Positions 26,751 through 39,566 are shown, counted from the first letter of the whole stretch. The stretch: 63,376 nt of DNA, filler included, from Octopus bimaculoides (GCF_001194135.2; 11 parts of 10 records of this genome joined end to end with filler, not necessarily neighbours in it), one strand, 5' to 3'. Notes: a model not told the origin generated them from the letters alone. A program made the numbers and translations.

Positions 26751-27106
26751 AAGTCTACAGCCCTTGTCATCTCTTCTGTGAGGCCAGTGGGGTGCATTCT
26801 TTTTTGGAAATGGTTTAAGATATCTACTCAAGGTAGTAGTTCAAAACATAATGGTTAATAGGGATATTTAAACACTGAGGAACATACAGACACTAAATAA
26901 TGATGCATATTTCTCATGCCAAAATTCTCTAGTCAAGTGAAAAGGATTAAGTAAATACATGCAGGTAAGTTTCCATCTTTGACTCCTGAAGGGAGAGAGA
27001 GAACAGAAGAAGAAATAGAACTGTAGAAATACTTGGTGGTGGTAGCGGCGGAGGTGGCAGTGAGAAGGATGGCAGCGAAGGTGGAGGCAGAGCGGCGACA
27101 ATGGCG

Positions 27107-27109
<3 letters not shown>

Positions 27110-27170
<61 letters not shown>

Positions 27171-27205
27171 CAGCAGCAGCAGCAGCAGTAGTAGTAGTGG
27201 TGATG

Positions 27206-27239
<34 letters not shown>
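27110..27239. repeat. (GCA)n/(GTA)n compound trinucleotide repeat
   Basis: Direct runs. They produce spurious poly-A/V/Y ORFs. Confidence 0.9.
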
Positions 27240-28069
27240 NNNNNNNNNNNNNNNNNNNNNNNNNNNNNNNNNNNNNNNNNNNNNNNNNNNNNNNNNNNNN
27301 NNNNNNNNNNNNNNNNNNNNNNNNNNNNNNNNNNNNNNNNNNNNNNNNNNNNNNNNNNNNNNNNNNAGTAGTTATAATTGCTTTTATCTTTTGGATTCAT
27401 TATCTTTCTCAGAATTCCTTCCTTGTTTTTTTTTATGTTCAGTGATGAAGGGAGCCAGAAGAATCGTGATTCTTGGTGCATTTAAAGTATATAATAAACT
27501 GTGGAATGCATCAAGAAACACAAGCCTTCTTACTCATAATGTTGAACCAGTAAACTTCAGCCTTGAAAAGTAAAGATGTATCATTACCTTTGAAAAAAAA
27601 AAAAGAAAAAAAAAACGTAAGAAAAAAAGAAAAATAAACACACACACATACAACAAATTATAAAAAAAAATTAAATTTTAAAAAGTTTAAAGATATCACA
27701 GAAATCATGTAGAAAATCCTAAGTAAAATTCTTGGAGCAATTATAAAAATTTGCTTCATTGGCATATTTCATTAAATTTTCTCCTTTGCTTATTTGTTAA
27801 AAAATGTGAAATTAAAAAGAAAAAATTATAGTTATAGGTGTGTGGTTAAGAAGCTTGCTTTGCAATCACAAAGTTTTGGGTTCAATCCCACTGCACAACA
27901 TATTGGGCAAGTGTTTCTGGGTAACCAATGCTATGTGGGTGAATTTGGTAGATAGAAATTGAGTGGAAGTCAGTTTCGTGTGTGTGTGTGTCTGTGTGAT
28001 ATGTAAGTATGTATATATGTATGTATGTATGTCTATATATATCTATATATATATATATATATATATTTA

Positions 28070-28485
28070 GGCACAGGCGTGGCTGTGTGGTAAGAAGCTT
28101 GCTTCCCAACCACATGGTTCTGGATTCAGTCCCACTGCATGGCAGCTTGGGCAAGTGTCTTCTACTACAGCCTCAGGCTGACTGAAGCTTTGTGAGTGGA
28201 TTTGGTAGATGGAAACTGAAAGAAGCCCATCGTATATATATATATATATATATATGTGTGTATGTATGTATGTATGTATGTATATGTTTGTGTATTTGAG
28301 TTTGTCCCCCACCATCGCTTGACAACATGCCCATGACTTAGTGGTTTGGCAAAAGACATCACTAAAATAAATACTAGGCATACCAAGAATAAGTCCTGAG
28401 GTCAATTTGTTTGACTAAAAGTGGGGCTCCAGCATGGCTGTAGTCAAATGACTGGAACAAATAAAAGAATAAAAGAATAAAAGAA
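28070..28485 (+). mobile_element. tRNA-SINE family A, CpG-decayed; a second head fragment lies at 27836-27975
   Basis: Same consensus with CG>TG/CA changes (GATGGAAAC, CCCATCG, CATGGC). Confidence 0.8.
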
Positions 28486-28611
28486 TATATATATATATAA
28501 CAAAAGAATGCAGTAAATAACTGTTTATTAATAATATTATATACGTATGCGTGTGTGTATGTGTATATACACACACACACAAACACACACACACAGGGAT
28601 TGATAGATAGA

Positions 28612-28804
28612 TCGTGCTGGTGCCACATAAAAAATACTCAGTACACTGTGGAGTTTTTAGTATTAGGAAGGGCATCCAGCTGTAAAAATCATGCTGGAGC
28701 AGACAACAGAGCCTGGTGCAGCTCCTGGCCTTACCAGTCTTGTCAAAGCGTCCAACAAATATCAGCATGGAAAATGGACAATAAATGATGATGATGATGA
28801 TGAT

Positions 28805-28805
<1 letters not shown>
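28612..28805 (+). mobile_element. RTE-type 3' tail with (GAT)n end
   Basis: TTAGGAAGGGCATCCAGCTGTAAAA..CAGCATGGAAAATGGAC..(ATG)n. Confidence 0.7.
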
Positions 28806-28859
<54 letters not shown>

Positions 28860-28873
28860 GGANNNNNNNNNNA

Positions 28874-28914
<41 letters not shown>

Positions 28915-28924
<10 letters not shown>

Positions 28925-29135
28925 TACAAATAATAAATGAGTATATGCATACTTACATCTACCTGTATGTACATACTTACATCTACCTGTATATATAGAT
29001 GCATATCTGGGTACAGGACATTGTAAACAAAGCGTAGACAAAATGATAAACGAGTACAGAAAACACACAGGCCACATAGAGAACATCTCCTTCATCAGCT
29101 GCCCCCATTCTAACATAGGCGTTTCGAAGAGTAGG
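28915..29135 (-). mobile_element. Inverted copy of the 20620-20830 repeat
   Basis: The reverse complement reads CTTCGAAACGCCTATGTTAGAATGG..CAGCTGATGAAGGAGATGTTCTCTATGTGGCC. Confidence 0.65.
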
Positions 29136-29308
29136 GCAGGACGCATCGTTAAAACGGCTCTTCCCACAGACCACAAATTAAATTTAAATTAAATTTAATT
29201 CAAATTAAATTTGTAATGTGGAGGAATGTAGTGGCGGACAAAACAAAACAGGAAAACGAAACAGGAATACATATATATATATATGTAGGTAGGTAAGTAA
29301 GTAGGTTG

Positions 29309-29404
29309 GTAGGTAGCTAGGTAAGTAGGTAGCTAGGTAAGTAGGTAGCTAGGTAAGTAGGTAGCTAGGTAAATAGGTAGCTAGGTAAGTAGGTAGCTAG
29401 GTAA
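29309..29404. repeat. 16-bp minisatellite (GTAGGTAGCTAGGTAA)x6
   Basis: Six direct units, one with a single mismatch. Confidence 0.85.
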
Positions 29405-29615
29405 GGGTGTGTGTTTTTGTGTTTGTGCTTGTTCTCCCACTGCTTGACAACTGATGTTGGTTCGCTTACACACCTGTAACTTAGCAAAAGTGTTTGACAA
29501 AATAAGTATCTCAGACTTAAAAAATAAGCATTGGGGTGGATTTGCTTGACTACACCCTTCAAGGCACTACTGCTCCAGCATGGGCACAGTTCAATGACTG
29601 AAACAAGTAAAAGTA
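29405..29615 (+). mobile_element. tRNA-SINE family A, 3' half
   Basis: GCTTGACAAC..GCTCCAGCATGG..GACTGAAACAAGTAAAAG. Confidence 0.7.
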
Positions 29616-29709
29616 AATGATAAAATACCTTTTTTTTTATAATTTGCTGTTTTTGTATAGTTTTAACATAGGATTTCAGTTCATAGTCTATTGTTGAAAT
29701 ACACAATCT

Positions 29710-29728
29710 AAATATAATAATAATAATG

Positions 29729-29793
<65 letters not shown>
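29710..29793. repeat. (AAT)n microsatellite
   Basis: Direct trinucleotide run. Confidence 0.95.
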
Positions 29794-29794
<1 letters not shown>

Positions 29795-30559
29795 GGAACT
29801 GCCCATATCCTATGTAAAATACTGTCTATGTGATCTCAAATTTTAAAGCAAACACATAATTTTCTTATGGTTTCTTAAACATTCACTTGAACAAAACTGT
29901 ACAAATCCNNNNNNNNNNNNNNNNNNNNNNNNNNNNNNNNNNNNNNNNNNNNNNNNNNNNNNNNNNNNNNNNNNNNNNNNNNNNNNNNNNNNNNNNNNNN
30001 NNNNNNNNNNNNNNNNNNNNNNNNNNNNNNNNNNNNNNNNNNNNNNNNNNNNNNNNNNNNNNNNNNNNNNNNNNNNNNNNNNNNNNNNNNNNNNNNNNNN
30101 NNNNNNNNNNNNNNNNNNNNNNNNNNNNNNNNNNNNNNNNNNNNNNNNNNNNNNNNNNNNNNNNNNNNNNNNNNNNNNNNNNNNNNNNNNNNNNNNNNNN
30201 NNNNNNNNNNNNNNNNNNNNNNNNNNNNNNNNNNNNNNNNNNNNNNNNNNNNNNNNNNNGGTACAGCGGAGTACCTAGGACTTTTTTAGGGGGTTGCCCA
30301 AAAGTTTCAAGAAAATAGCTCTCTAGCGAGCAGGTCGGGCAATACCTAGTATCTCTGGCAACTCCTATTCTGGTAAGAGTCAACTCTCTTTTCCTTCACT
30401 GTTGCCCAATAAAAACTTGGTCCCAATTTTTTGGGGTGTCGGCTCGGCTAGAAAGTACATTGCCCAGGCAACTAGGGCAACAACCCTGTATCTGCCACTG
30501 GAGCAGAATTTGAACTCAGAATTTAAAAACAGATGAAATCAATCCACCACCATCAATAA

Positions 30560-30960
30560 TTATTTCTGCTATAGGCAGAATTTTGGTAGAGAATTAGTTA
30601 ATTGCATCAATCCCAATGTTTAATTGGTACTTATTTTATCAACCCCAAAAAGATGAAAGGAAAAGTGGACATTGGCAGAATTTGATCTTAGAATGTAAAG
30701 ACAGAAGAAATGTTGCTAAGCATTTTGCCTGGTTTGCTAACATTTCTGTAAGTACACAGCTTTCACCACCTATAATAATAATAATTGCTTCTAATTTAAG
30801 TACAAGACCAGAAATTTTGAAGGGAAGAAGCTGGAAGATATTATCACCCTCAGAACTTGACTGGTATTTTATTGACCTTGAAAGGATGAAAAACAAAATT
30901 GAACTCAGAATGTAAAGAAATATAGAGAATCAGAAGAAATATTGCAAGGCCATTTTGTCC
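30560..30960 (-). mobile_element. Two tandem degenerate family-B SINEs
   Basis: GGTACTTATTTTATCAACCCC..AAAGATGAAAGG..GAATTTGA.CTCAGAATGTAAAG occurs twice. Confidence 0.6.
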
Positions 30961-32490
30961 CAAACTCTAATAATTCTGCTATAATATTAATAATTTATTT
31001 TAATATGAAGTGAAGTTCAAAGAGTGGATTGTTTATTGTTTATTAGATTTTACTAAACATTATAACTACATCTAAAACAACTTTTTAAAAAAATGAAGGT
31101 TTCTCTGACCCATCAGAGGAGGAGGAGCTGTGCCCATAACTTTCTTTTAGGGTCTCTAAGACTGGTGAGAGGAAGGGAGGGTGTTCTCCTCAAATGAGAG
31201 ACCAGATTCAAATGCTTACAACAGAGTGGACTCCACTAAAAACAACCAAAAGACAAGGGATAATATTAAATGAAGTAAAAGTTTAACCCTCCTGTTACTA
31301 TATATCTGTTAAAATACATGGCATTTGTTTTAATTAATTCTGAAAATAATGAAACAGATAGTAAAATAATTTTGTTATTACTAAACTGATGCTTGGTACA
31401 AAAATTAACATGAAATTATGAAGGAAAGTTTTAATTTGGATCACTTAAAGCCAAAAGTTTGTGTCATAGAACCAGGGATAGTCTTAAGCAAGTTGGTATC
31501 AAAAGAGTTATGTCCACCATCTGAGACAAAACCACGAATTAATATGGAAAGAGAATAATAGTATGTGATGTACATGCATTTTCTGAAGAGCTTTAGTGGT
31601 GTAGGTACAGCGTATACACTTCAACTTGAAGTCAAACCTGATCATGGTCTTTGCTCTCACAGAGCTCATCTCTTGTCTATAGTGTTTGTCTCAACTGAAA
31701 TTAATGCTAGAATTTTCAGCCAGAAAATTCACTCAAGAATTAGTCTATAAGGAAGCTTTTTGCAGTAATGAGACAGCCTTTATACAGTTAATCAATCAAC
31801 TAAAAACAGTAGCCATACATCCTACAAATAACATCCCTCTTGTCTAAAATAGTGATGCATTGACTACTTAAGGCTACAAATAATCAAAGGTAGAATGATC
31901 ACAGCTGGATTACATTTGATCACAGGCCTACTCAATCAGGACTGATCTCAGCTATAGAAATACCACCAACAACAAAAACTATAAATGTAAAAAAATTTAA
32001 ATCTACTTCTCATATGATAGTTGTTAAAGTTGTAACAGTTTCATAACAACATCAGTAATTTGCATGAAGAAATGATTGTTAAGAAAGCAATTGACTAAAC
32101 ACACCCATTTAAAAAAGAATGTATAGAATATAAATCACACTCATACATAAATTACATCCTAATTTAGTGTTAAATCTTGGTACAAAACATTTTCTTTCAT
32201 AGCTTCAGCTTTGCCTCACGTATAAAAGCTGCATCTCAGTTTTTTCAAATGAAATCAAGTATAAAATTTTTGAAGAATTATTTTTTGAAATATAATGTTA
32301 TCCAAGAATAGACAATTGATGGTAAACATATGGCAAATAAGACCTATAACCCAAGTTCAGTTTGTATTGGCAGTTATTTCCTTTACTTTCTGAATGGAAG
32401 TTGAATGTTGCAAGTGCCATTTTATTTTACTTTCTGAAGACAATAGAGTTTTATCTTTCACTGATGGATACTTTCACTCTAGAAAACTTA

Positions 32491-32675
32491 CCATATTTAC
32501 TCGTGTATCAATCGCACTCATACATAAATTGCACCCTTGATTTTGTGTTAAATCTTGGTACAAAATGTTTTCTTTCATAGTTTTAGCTTAGACTCATTTA
32601 TACACAAGTCACATCCCAGTTTTTCCAGTTGAAGTCCAATATAAAATAGTGTGACTTATTCACAAGTGAATATGG
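32491..32675. mobile_element. Tigger/pogo-type MITE with TA target duplication; a more degenerate copy lies at ~32130-32330
   Basis: TA|CCATATTTACTCGTGTAT ... ATTCACAAGTGAATATGG|TA terminal inverted repeats. The ~130-bp core is duplicated ~365 bp upstream. Confidence 0.65.
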
Positions 32676-33789
32676 TAAGTTATTCACTCTATTTTATACA
32701 TCAATATTTGTGACATATAACTATTTATACATCTACTTTTGTCTTCTTTTCTAGGGAGAAGGTTAGCATGGGGGCAGCCTGTCCAAATACTCCTTTGACT
32801 AGAAGCTAGGATCAACTGAATGAAGTTAATACAGCTCAGGTTTAAGTCAAACATTAGGGGGCCAATTGCTGAGGAGAAATCATAGACCATTAGGGTTCCA
32901 ATAGAATGCAGTTCTAGGGAGGAAGTTTCAAAGGTACTAGCAATAACCATGGCTTGGAATAACTTGTTCGGAACATTTTATAAGACAGTACAGCTGTCAC
33001 TCATGAGTGAATACAGCTTTGAAACATCTACCAAGCATTTACTGATTGCATTGGGACCCTGTATAACGATGAAACAATGATGATGGTGAAGATGATGATG
33101 ATGATGATAATGATGATTATGGTGATGGTGATGGTGATGGTGACGACGACGATGGTGGTGGTGGTGATTTTCTATCTAATACTTCTTGGTTACTTCCTAT
33201 AAATCCTTCAAGTACACATCAATCTACACCCACAACTCGTTCTCACTGTACCTCTCCCCACTAACATGTTCATGTAATACTGTTTTTTTTTTACTTACCC
33301 AACTTATCAACTGAAAAATGTCATTCATCATTCAATAAATATATTTTTGCTTTTGTTACTTTATTTCTTTATCGTTTTATTTCTTTATCATTCCTTTATA
33401 TTTGAATAGAGACATGCAACAAGTGAACGACAGAAATCAATAGAGTGTCGACAGAAAATAATTTGTATCATTTGGTTATGTCCCTTTATGATGAAACTTC
33501 AAACCCAGTCAAGATCCAATTGGTTTCCCATCATTCATCAATAGAATTAGTAGCAATGAATAAAATAAGCATACATAAGCAATAAAATATACAGCTAAAT
33601 CCATAAAGTGATGAGCATTAACTTAGCTACTACTAATAATCATTAGATTTCAGCATGTTGTTACTGTCTTTTTGAGTTATGTTTGCTTTTTTCTCTCTCC
33701 ATTTTTCCTCTCTATATCTATTCTTTCTGCAGAAGAGCATATGCTCAAAATGTAAAAGACTTCTAATTTTTCCTGAGTGTAAACTTGTC

Positions 33790-34205
33790 TATTCTTTTAT
33801 TTGTTTCAATTATCTCGACTGTGGCCATGCTGGAGCACCATCTTTAGTCAAACAAATCGACCCCAGGACTTATTCTTTGTAAGCCTAGCACTTATTCTAT
33901 TGGTGTCTTTTGCTGAACTGCTAAGTTACAGGAACGTAAACACACTAACATCAGTTGTCAAACGATGGTGGGGTGACAAACACAGACACACAAGCATATA
34001 CACACACACACACACACACACATACACACACATATATATATATATACAATGGGCTTCTTTCAGTTTCCATCTACCAAATCCATTCACAAGGTTTTGTTTA
34101 GCCCAAGGCTATAGTAGAAGACACTTGCCCAAGGTGCCATGCAGTGGGACTGAACCCAGAACCATGTGGTTGGTAAACAAGCTACTTACCACATAGCCAC
34201 TCCTG
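33790..34205 (-). mobile_element. tRNA-SINE family A, full length, CpG-decayed
   Basis: Reverse complement of the 20122 consensus. Confidence 0.85.
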
Positions 34206-34599
34206 TTTATTTTTTGATCTCATCTTCATGTTGTTCCTTTTTCATTCTCATACCATATTATTAGATTTCCTCAGAGATTAATTTCAAAGAGCTATGTATG
34301 TTTAGTAGAGTGTTCTCAGTGTAAAATATATTAATATTGTAATGTATAGATATTCAATATATATATACGAGAGATATGTTAACAAAAATTGGGACATTAT
34401 CTGAATGAGGTCTCAATAGAAATTATAGAGTTAATTAAGCCTTTTTATCTTTTACTTCTTTCAGTCATTGGACTCTGGTCATGCTTGGGCACTACTTTGA
34501 AGGGTTTAGTACTTACTCTGTTGACCTCTTTTTACCAAAGTTGCTTGGTTACAATAACATATACAAACCAACACAGGCTGTCTGGTGGTGAGGAGAAAT

Positions 34600-34660
<61 letters not shown>

Positions 34661-34670
34661 NNNNNNNNNN

Positions 34671-34702
<32 letters not shown>

Positions 34703-35110
34703 CCACCACCATCATCTTCATCATCATTTAACATCCATTTTCCATGCTGGCATGGGTTAGACAGTTTGACTGGAACTAGTATGCCAGAGAGCTGCACCAG
34801 GATTCAGTCTGATTTGGCTTGGTTTCTGCAGCTGGATGCCCTTCTTAGTGTTAACCACTCCAAGAGTGCAATGGGTGCTTTTTACATGCCATTGGCATGG
34901 GTACTATATGCCTGATACCAGCAACAGCCACAACTACGCTTTCACAGGTGCCATTTATATGACACTGGCAACAGCGATGACTACAATTTCACTTGGCTTT
35001 ATGAGTCTTCTCAAGTACTGCATATCGCCAAAGGTTTCGATCATTTGTCATCATCTATGTGAGGTTCAACATTGGAAGATCACACTTCACCACTTCCTTG
35101 CCTCCATGGG
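34671..35110 (-). mobile_element. RTE LINE 3' end (ORF end + 3' UTR + (GAT)n tail)
   Basis: Minus strand reads KEVVKCDLPMLNLT*MMTNDRNLWRYAVLEKT, then the RTE-type UTR containing AAGGGCATCCAGC. Confidence 0.75.
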
Positions 35111-35115
35111 GACTA

Positions 35116-35159
<44 letters not shown>

Positions 35160-35714
35160 NNNNNNNNNNNNNNNNNNNNNNNNNNNNNNNNNNNNNNNNN
35201 NNNNNNNNNNNNNNNNNNNNNNNNNNNNNNNNNNNNNNNNNNNNNNNNNNNNNNNNNNNNNNNNNNNNNNNNNNNNNNNNNNNNNNNNNNNNNNNNNNNN
35301 NNNNNNNNNNNNNNNNNNNNNNNNNNNNNNNNNNNNNNNNNNNNNNNNNNNNNNNNNNNNNNNNNNNNNNNNNNNNNNNNNNNNNNNNNNNNNNNNNNCA
35401 CACGCACACGCGCGCACACACACACACATGCACACACACACATGCACACACACACACATACACACACGCACACTCACATATATATGTCTGCATTTTAGGA
35501 GATTTCTGCTGGCCTTTTGGGAACTGCCAGAAGTTGATGGCAAACAGGAGAGGGAGATAATCCCCTATTGTTTACCTTTATAGCTGATCGATGGCAGCAC
35601 GGTCGGAAGTCAATAGCCATTAGCAAAGGAGATAATCCAGACTTTTCCCCTCCATATTTTAAAGAGGTCATAGGCCAACAGGTATTGGGGTCTGAAGATA
35701 CGCCACTTTATGTG

Positions 35715-35880
35715 TTTATGTTTCCGTAACTTAGTGGTTCGGCAAAAAACACCAATAGAATAAGTACTAGGCTTACAAAGAATAAGTCCTGGGGTTGATT
35801 TGCTTGACTAAAGGCAGTGCTCCAGCATGGCCACAGTCAAATGACTGAAACAAGTAAAAGAGTAAAAGAGTAAAAGACTA
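35715..35880 (+). mobile_element. tRNA-SINE family A, 3' part
   Basis: GTAACTTAGTGGTTCGGC..GACTGAAACAAGTAAAAGAGTAAAAGA. Confidence 0.75.
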
Positions 35881-36261
35881 AAGCAAAATGATCAAGTTGT
35901 AGTTTCTGTTTAACCTAATGTCAACCCTGATTAAGCAGACTATTGATCAATGGGAGTCCATCAGTGACCATCACATCTTATTAAAGGTGTATCTCGGACA
36001 AACCTTATATCTAATATCTCTTTTCCCTATTTAAAATGACAGCGTGAGATTTGAGGGAGGTTTAGCTACTATAGAGACTTCTTCATAGGGTTGTAAATTA
36101 ATCAGAGCGGGCATAAATGTGAGAAAGTGACCTCAGGGCAAGTGTGACAAAGAACTCAGTAAAAAATTTAAGTTATTCCTGAAACTGGAAAAATAAATGA
36201 TATAATGGAATGTTATAGAAAGCTACGCAGTTATATAAAAAAATAAATAAATGTGCCCTTT

Positions 36262-36408
36262 TTTAAAGCCTAGCCAGGCTCATGGGCCCAGTTTCCCGGT
36301 TTCCTGGTTTCAATGGCGTATGTGTTCCCCAGCTGGACGGGATGCCAGTCCATCGCAGCATTACTCATTTTTGCCAGTTGAGTGGACTGAAGCAACGTGA
36401 AATGAAGT
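36262..36408 (-). mobile_element. SINE fragment with a V-domain-like core (family D)
   Basis: The reverse complement contains TGCGATGGACTGGCATCCCGTCCAGC; same family as 41890. Confidence 0.55.
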
Positions 36409-36508
36409 NNNNNNNNNNNNNNNNNNNNNNNNNNNNNNNNNNNNNNNNNNNNTTAATTAATTAANNNNNNNNNNNNNNNNNNNNNNNNNNNNNNNNNNNN
36501 NNNNNNNN

Positions 36509-36543
<35 letters not shown>

Positions 36544-36984
36544 TGGTTAAGGCCGGTTTATGGGATTACGTTAGGTTTCCCCGTCCATAAAGAGTTTAGC
36601 TGTATGGTGTATCGTCAGATCCCAAAAATCTGTTGGTCCATGACCTCTTAAAAATATGGAGCGGGAAATGCCTCACTATTCAAAGGTAACAACTGGGGAT
36701 TATTATATATATGTTAAATTACGAATTAAAAGCAGCTCTTATAATGTAAACATTATCGATCTCACGTACATAGTATATGTGTTTTGTATATACGCCAACC
36801 CTGGTGTGGGATAGCGTCCGGAAAAAGCTTCTCAAAAGACGTCGACTATTAAAGAACACCTGAATGTTACAGACCAGGCGAGACAACTCGCCTCGGAATC
36901 ACCGAGAACGGTAGACACTAATATTTCGCCATTATCGTAACTTATCAATACCTTGTACTCGGGTCATCTCAAAGCGAAGTGAAA

Positions 36985-37285
36985 TCTGTTTGCTGATATG
37001 TTGCGGCAGGTGACTTCTTTTTGCTGAACCGCTAAGTCATGGGAACCTAAACACCGGTTATCAAGAGGTGGGGTGGAGTGGAGGACAGACACACACACAT
37101 ACACACACATATATATATATATATATACATATATACGATGGGCTTCTTTCAAATTCCGTCAACCAAATCCTATGAGACTTTGGTTAGCCTGAGGCTATAG
37201 TAGAAAATACTAGCTCAAAGTGTCACGCAGTGGGACTGAACCTGCAACCATGTAGTTCGGAAGTAAGCTCAATACCGCACAGCCA
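36985..37285 (-). mobile_element. tRNA-SINE family A
   Basis: GGGCTTCTTTC..TTCCGTC.ACCAAATCC..GTGGGACTGAACC on the plus strand. Confidence 0.75.
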
Positions 37286-37547
37286 GGTATATACGTACAT
37301 ATATATCCACACATATACACACAAACGCACGATACATCCCTACCCCCAACAACTCATGTAATAAAATCCGCCACTTATTTTCTCTCTTTCATTCTCTGTC
37401 TTCTGTCTGTCTGTCTGTCTGTCTGTATCTCTCTCTCTCTCTCTCTCTCCCTATCTATCTATATGCAAACACGTACACATACATACATACATACATACAT
37501 ACATACATACATACATACATACATACATACACATCATATGTGAGTGC

Positions 37548-37613
<66 letters not shown>

Positions 37614-37796
37614 TATATATATATATATATATATAGTGTGTGTGTGTGTGTGTGTGTGTGCGTGTGTCCGTGACTGTAAGTGTGAGTGTGTTCGTCTGTG
37701 AGAGTGTAAAGGATGTATTTACTTTAGCAGACAATTACTCAAAAACAGGATAAAAATTAACAAAAAAACACTCTCTCATTCATTTACTCACACTCT

Positions 37797-37834
<38 letters not shown>

Positions 37835-38154
37835 GCGCGTTCAGACGCGTGTTCACATTTACAAATAAATACCTGTACATATTCACACACACACGTACGC
37901 ACGCACACATACACGAATGCTCACGTATACACACGTACGCACACACACACACACTGACTCGCACACATGCAAACAAACGAGAAAACGTCGTCAATGGAGC
38001 GAACATCAATCTAGTTCTTTGTCCCCATTGTCCACGGAACGCCAGCTGGTGCGATAAGGTCCAGGCAAGTAGAAATGACCGAAAAAAATATATAAATATG
38101 CATACATCTATGACGACAACAGTTGAAGACATTAGTGAAGGAATGGGTGGGATA

Positions 38155-38157
<3 letters not shown>

Positions 38158-38244
<87 letters not shown>

Positions 38245-38250
38245 AGAGAA
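38158..38250. repeat. (AG)n microsatellite
   Basis: Direct dinucleotide run. Confidence 0.95.
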
Positions 38251-39365
38251 GGGGAGAGAGGCGATGGGGACTACAGCGACAACAGCGACTCCTGTCAACG
38301 TTGTCATTAAATACGAGTGTCACAAAGCAAGTGATTATCTTTCTCACGTAAGTTAAACGTAGAACGCCATCTGTGCCGAGAGAAAAAGAGACAGAAAGAG
38401 AGAAGCAAACAGAAAGAGAGAGGCAAAGAGAGAGAGAGAGGCAAACAGAGAGAGACAGAGACAGAGACAGAGAGGACGATATATATATTATAAAAGACAG
38501 AAAGAAAGAAAGTGAGAGAGTAAGAAATGATTGTGGGAGTGGCGGGGACGACTTCAGTCTGAGAGGCTAAGTGCTTGGCTGACTAACGGGTAGTGGATGG
38601 TGACGAGGGTAGTAAGAAGAAAAAGTAAGGATAATGTTGTTTGGGTCAGACGCGGGTTGGGAACAATATATTATTATAAAGCCAGTTGGAATTGCTTTCT
38701 CCAAATTGGAGGGATTTATAAAAAGAGAAACTCAAAGGTTTATTAAAAAACTCCGCCCTCCAATAATGATAACATTCAAATTCATACAAAATAACGGCAG
38801 ATATTCTCACTTGTAGCCATGCTTGCTGTTGCGCTCGCACACATATGCACGCATATACGCACGCATACAATATGTACGAAAATACTTGCTCCATACACAA
38901 ACACACTTATCGGATGGGGATAAACGCATGTGTATTTATTTGTATAACAAAACAGACAATTAAATGTGTTTGCATGCAGAATATAAGTAGAAATATTTAC
39001 ATGCATACGTATTATAATAGAGGTATTAATATGTTCTAATAAGCGTATGCATGCATATATACACACATATAAATATATACAATATGAATGTGTGTTTATA
39101 TATTTGTATGTGTGTATGGGTATGTATGTATATATGTATATAATGTGTGTGTGTGTGTGTGTGTGTATACACACATATACACAGGTGAGCTCAAGTGTAA
39201 AATCAAGGTTAAAAAATAGCACCCGGATATACTATGCTCGAAACGTAAAACAACAACTCTCTTCTTTCTCCGAGCGTCGCATCAACATAGTGCTAGTGCT
39301 ACGTCCTCACGTTTGTTTGTCTTATCTTTTTCTTTTTTCTCTGTTATATATATATATATATATAT

Positions 39366-39566
39366 AACAATTGCAGCGTGGAAGGTGGTTATAAGTCATT
39401 TAAGAAACACACACTAACCGTTAGATTCACTTCAGCATTTAAATTTAATTTGTCAAAATATTTTCGTCGCTTTGAGACCGCGACCTGTTCACTGACAAAA
39501 TTCCGTGCTGCAAACACTTGTGTGTTTCTTAAATGGCTTGTAAACACCTTCCACGCTGCAATTGTT
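39366..39566. mobile_element. MITE-like element with ~48-bp terminal inverted repeats
   Basis: AACAATTGCAGCGTGGAAGGTG.TTA.AAG.CATTTAAGAAACACACA is mirrored at 39519-39566. Confidence 0.75.

Noticed and set aside
32676-32754. Apparent short plus-strand intron GTAAGT..TTTTCTAG
   Set aside because: The GTAAGT overlaps the TIR/TA end of a Tigger-type MITE, and the upstream candidate exon has stops in all three frames.
38264-38347. Possible first coding exon MGTTATTATPVNVVIKYECHKASDYLSH followed by GTAAGT
   Set aside because: It is embedded between (AG)n tracts with no promoter or downstream exon support, so it is indistinguishable from chance.
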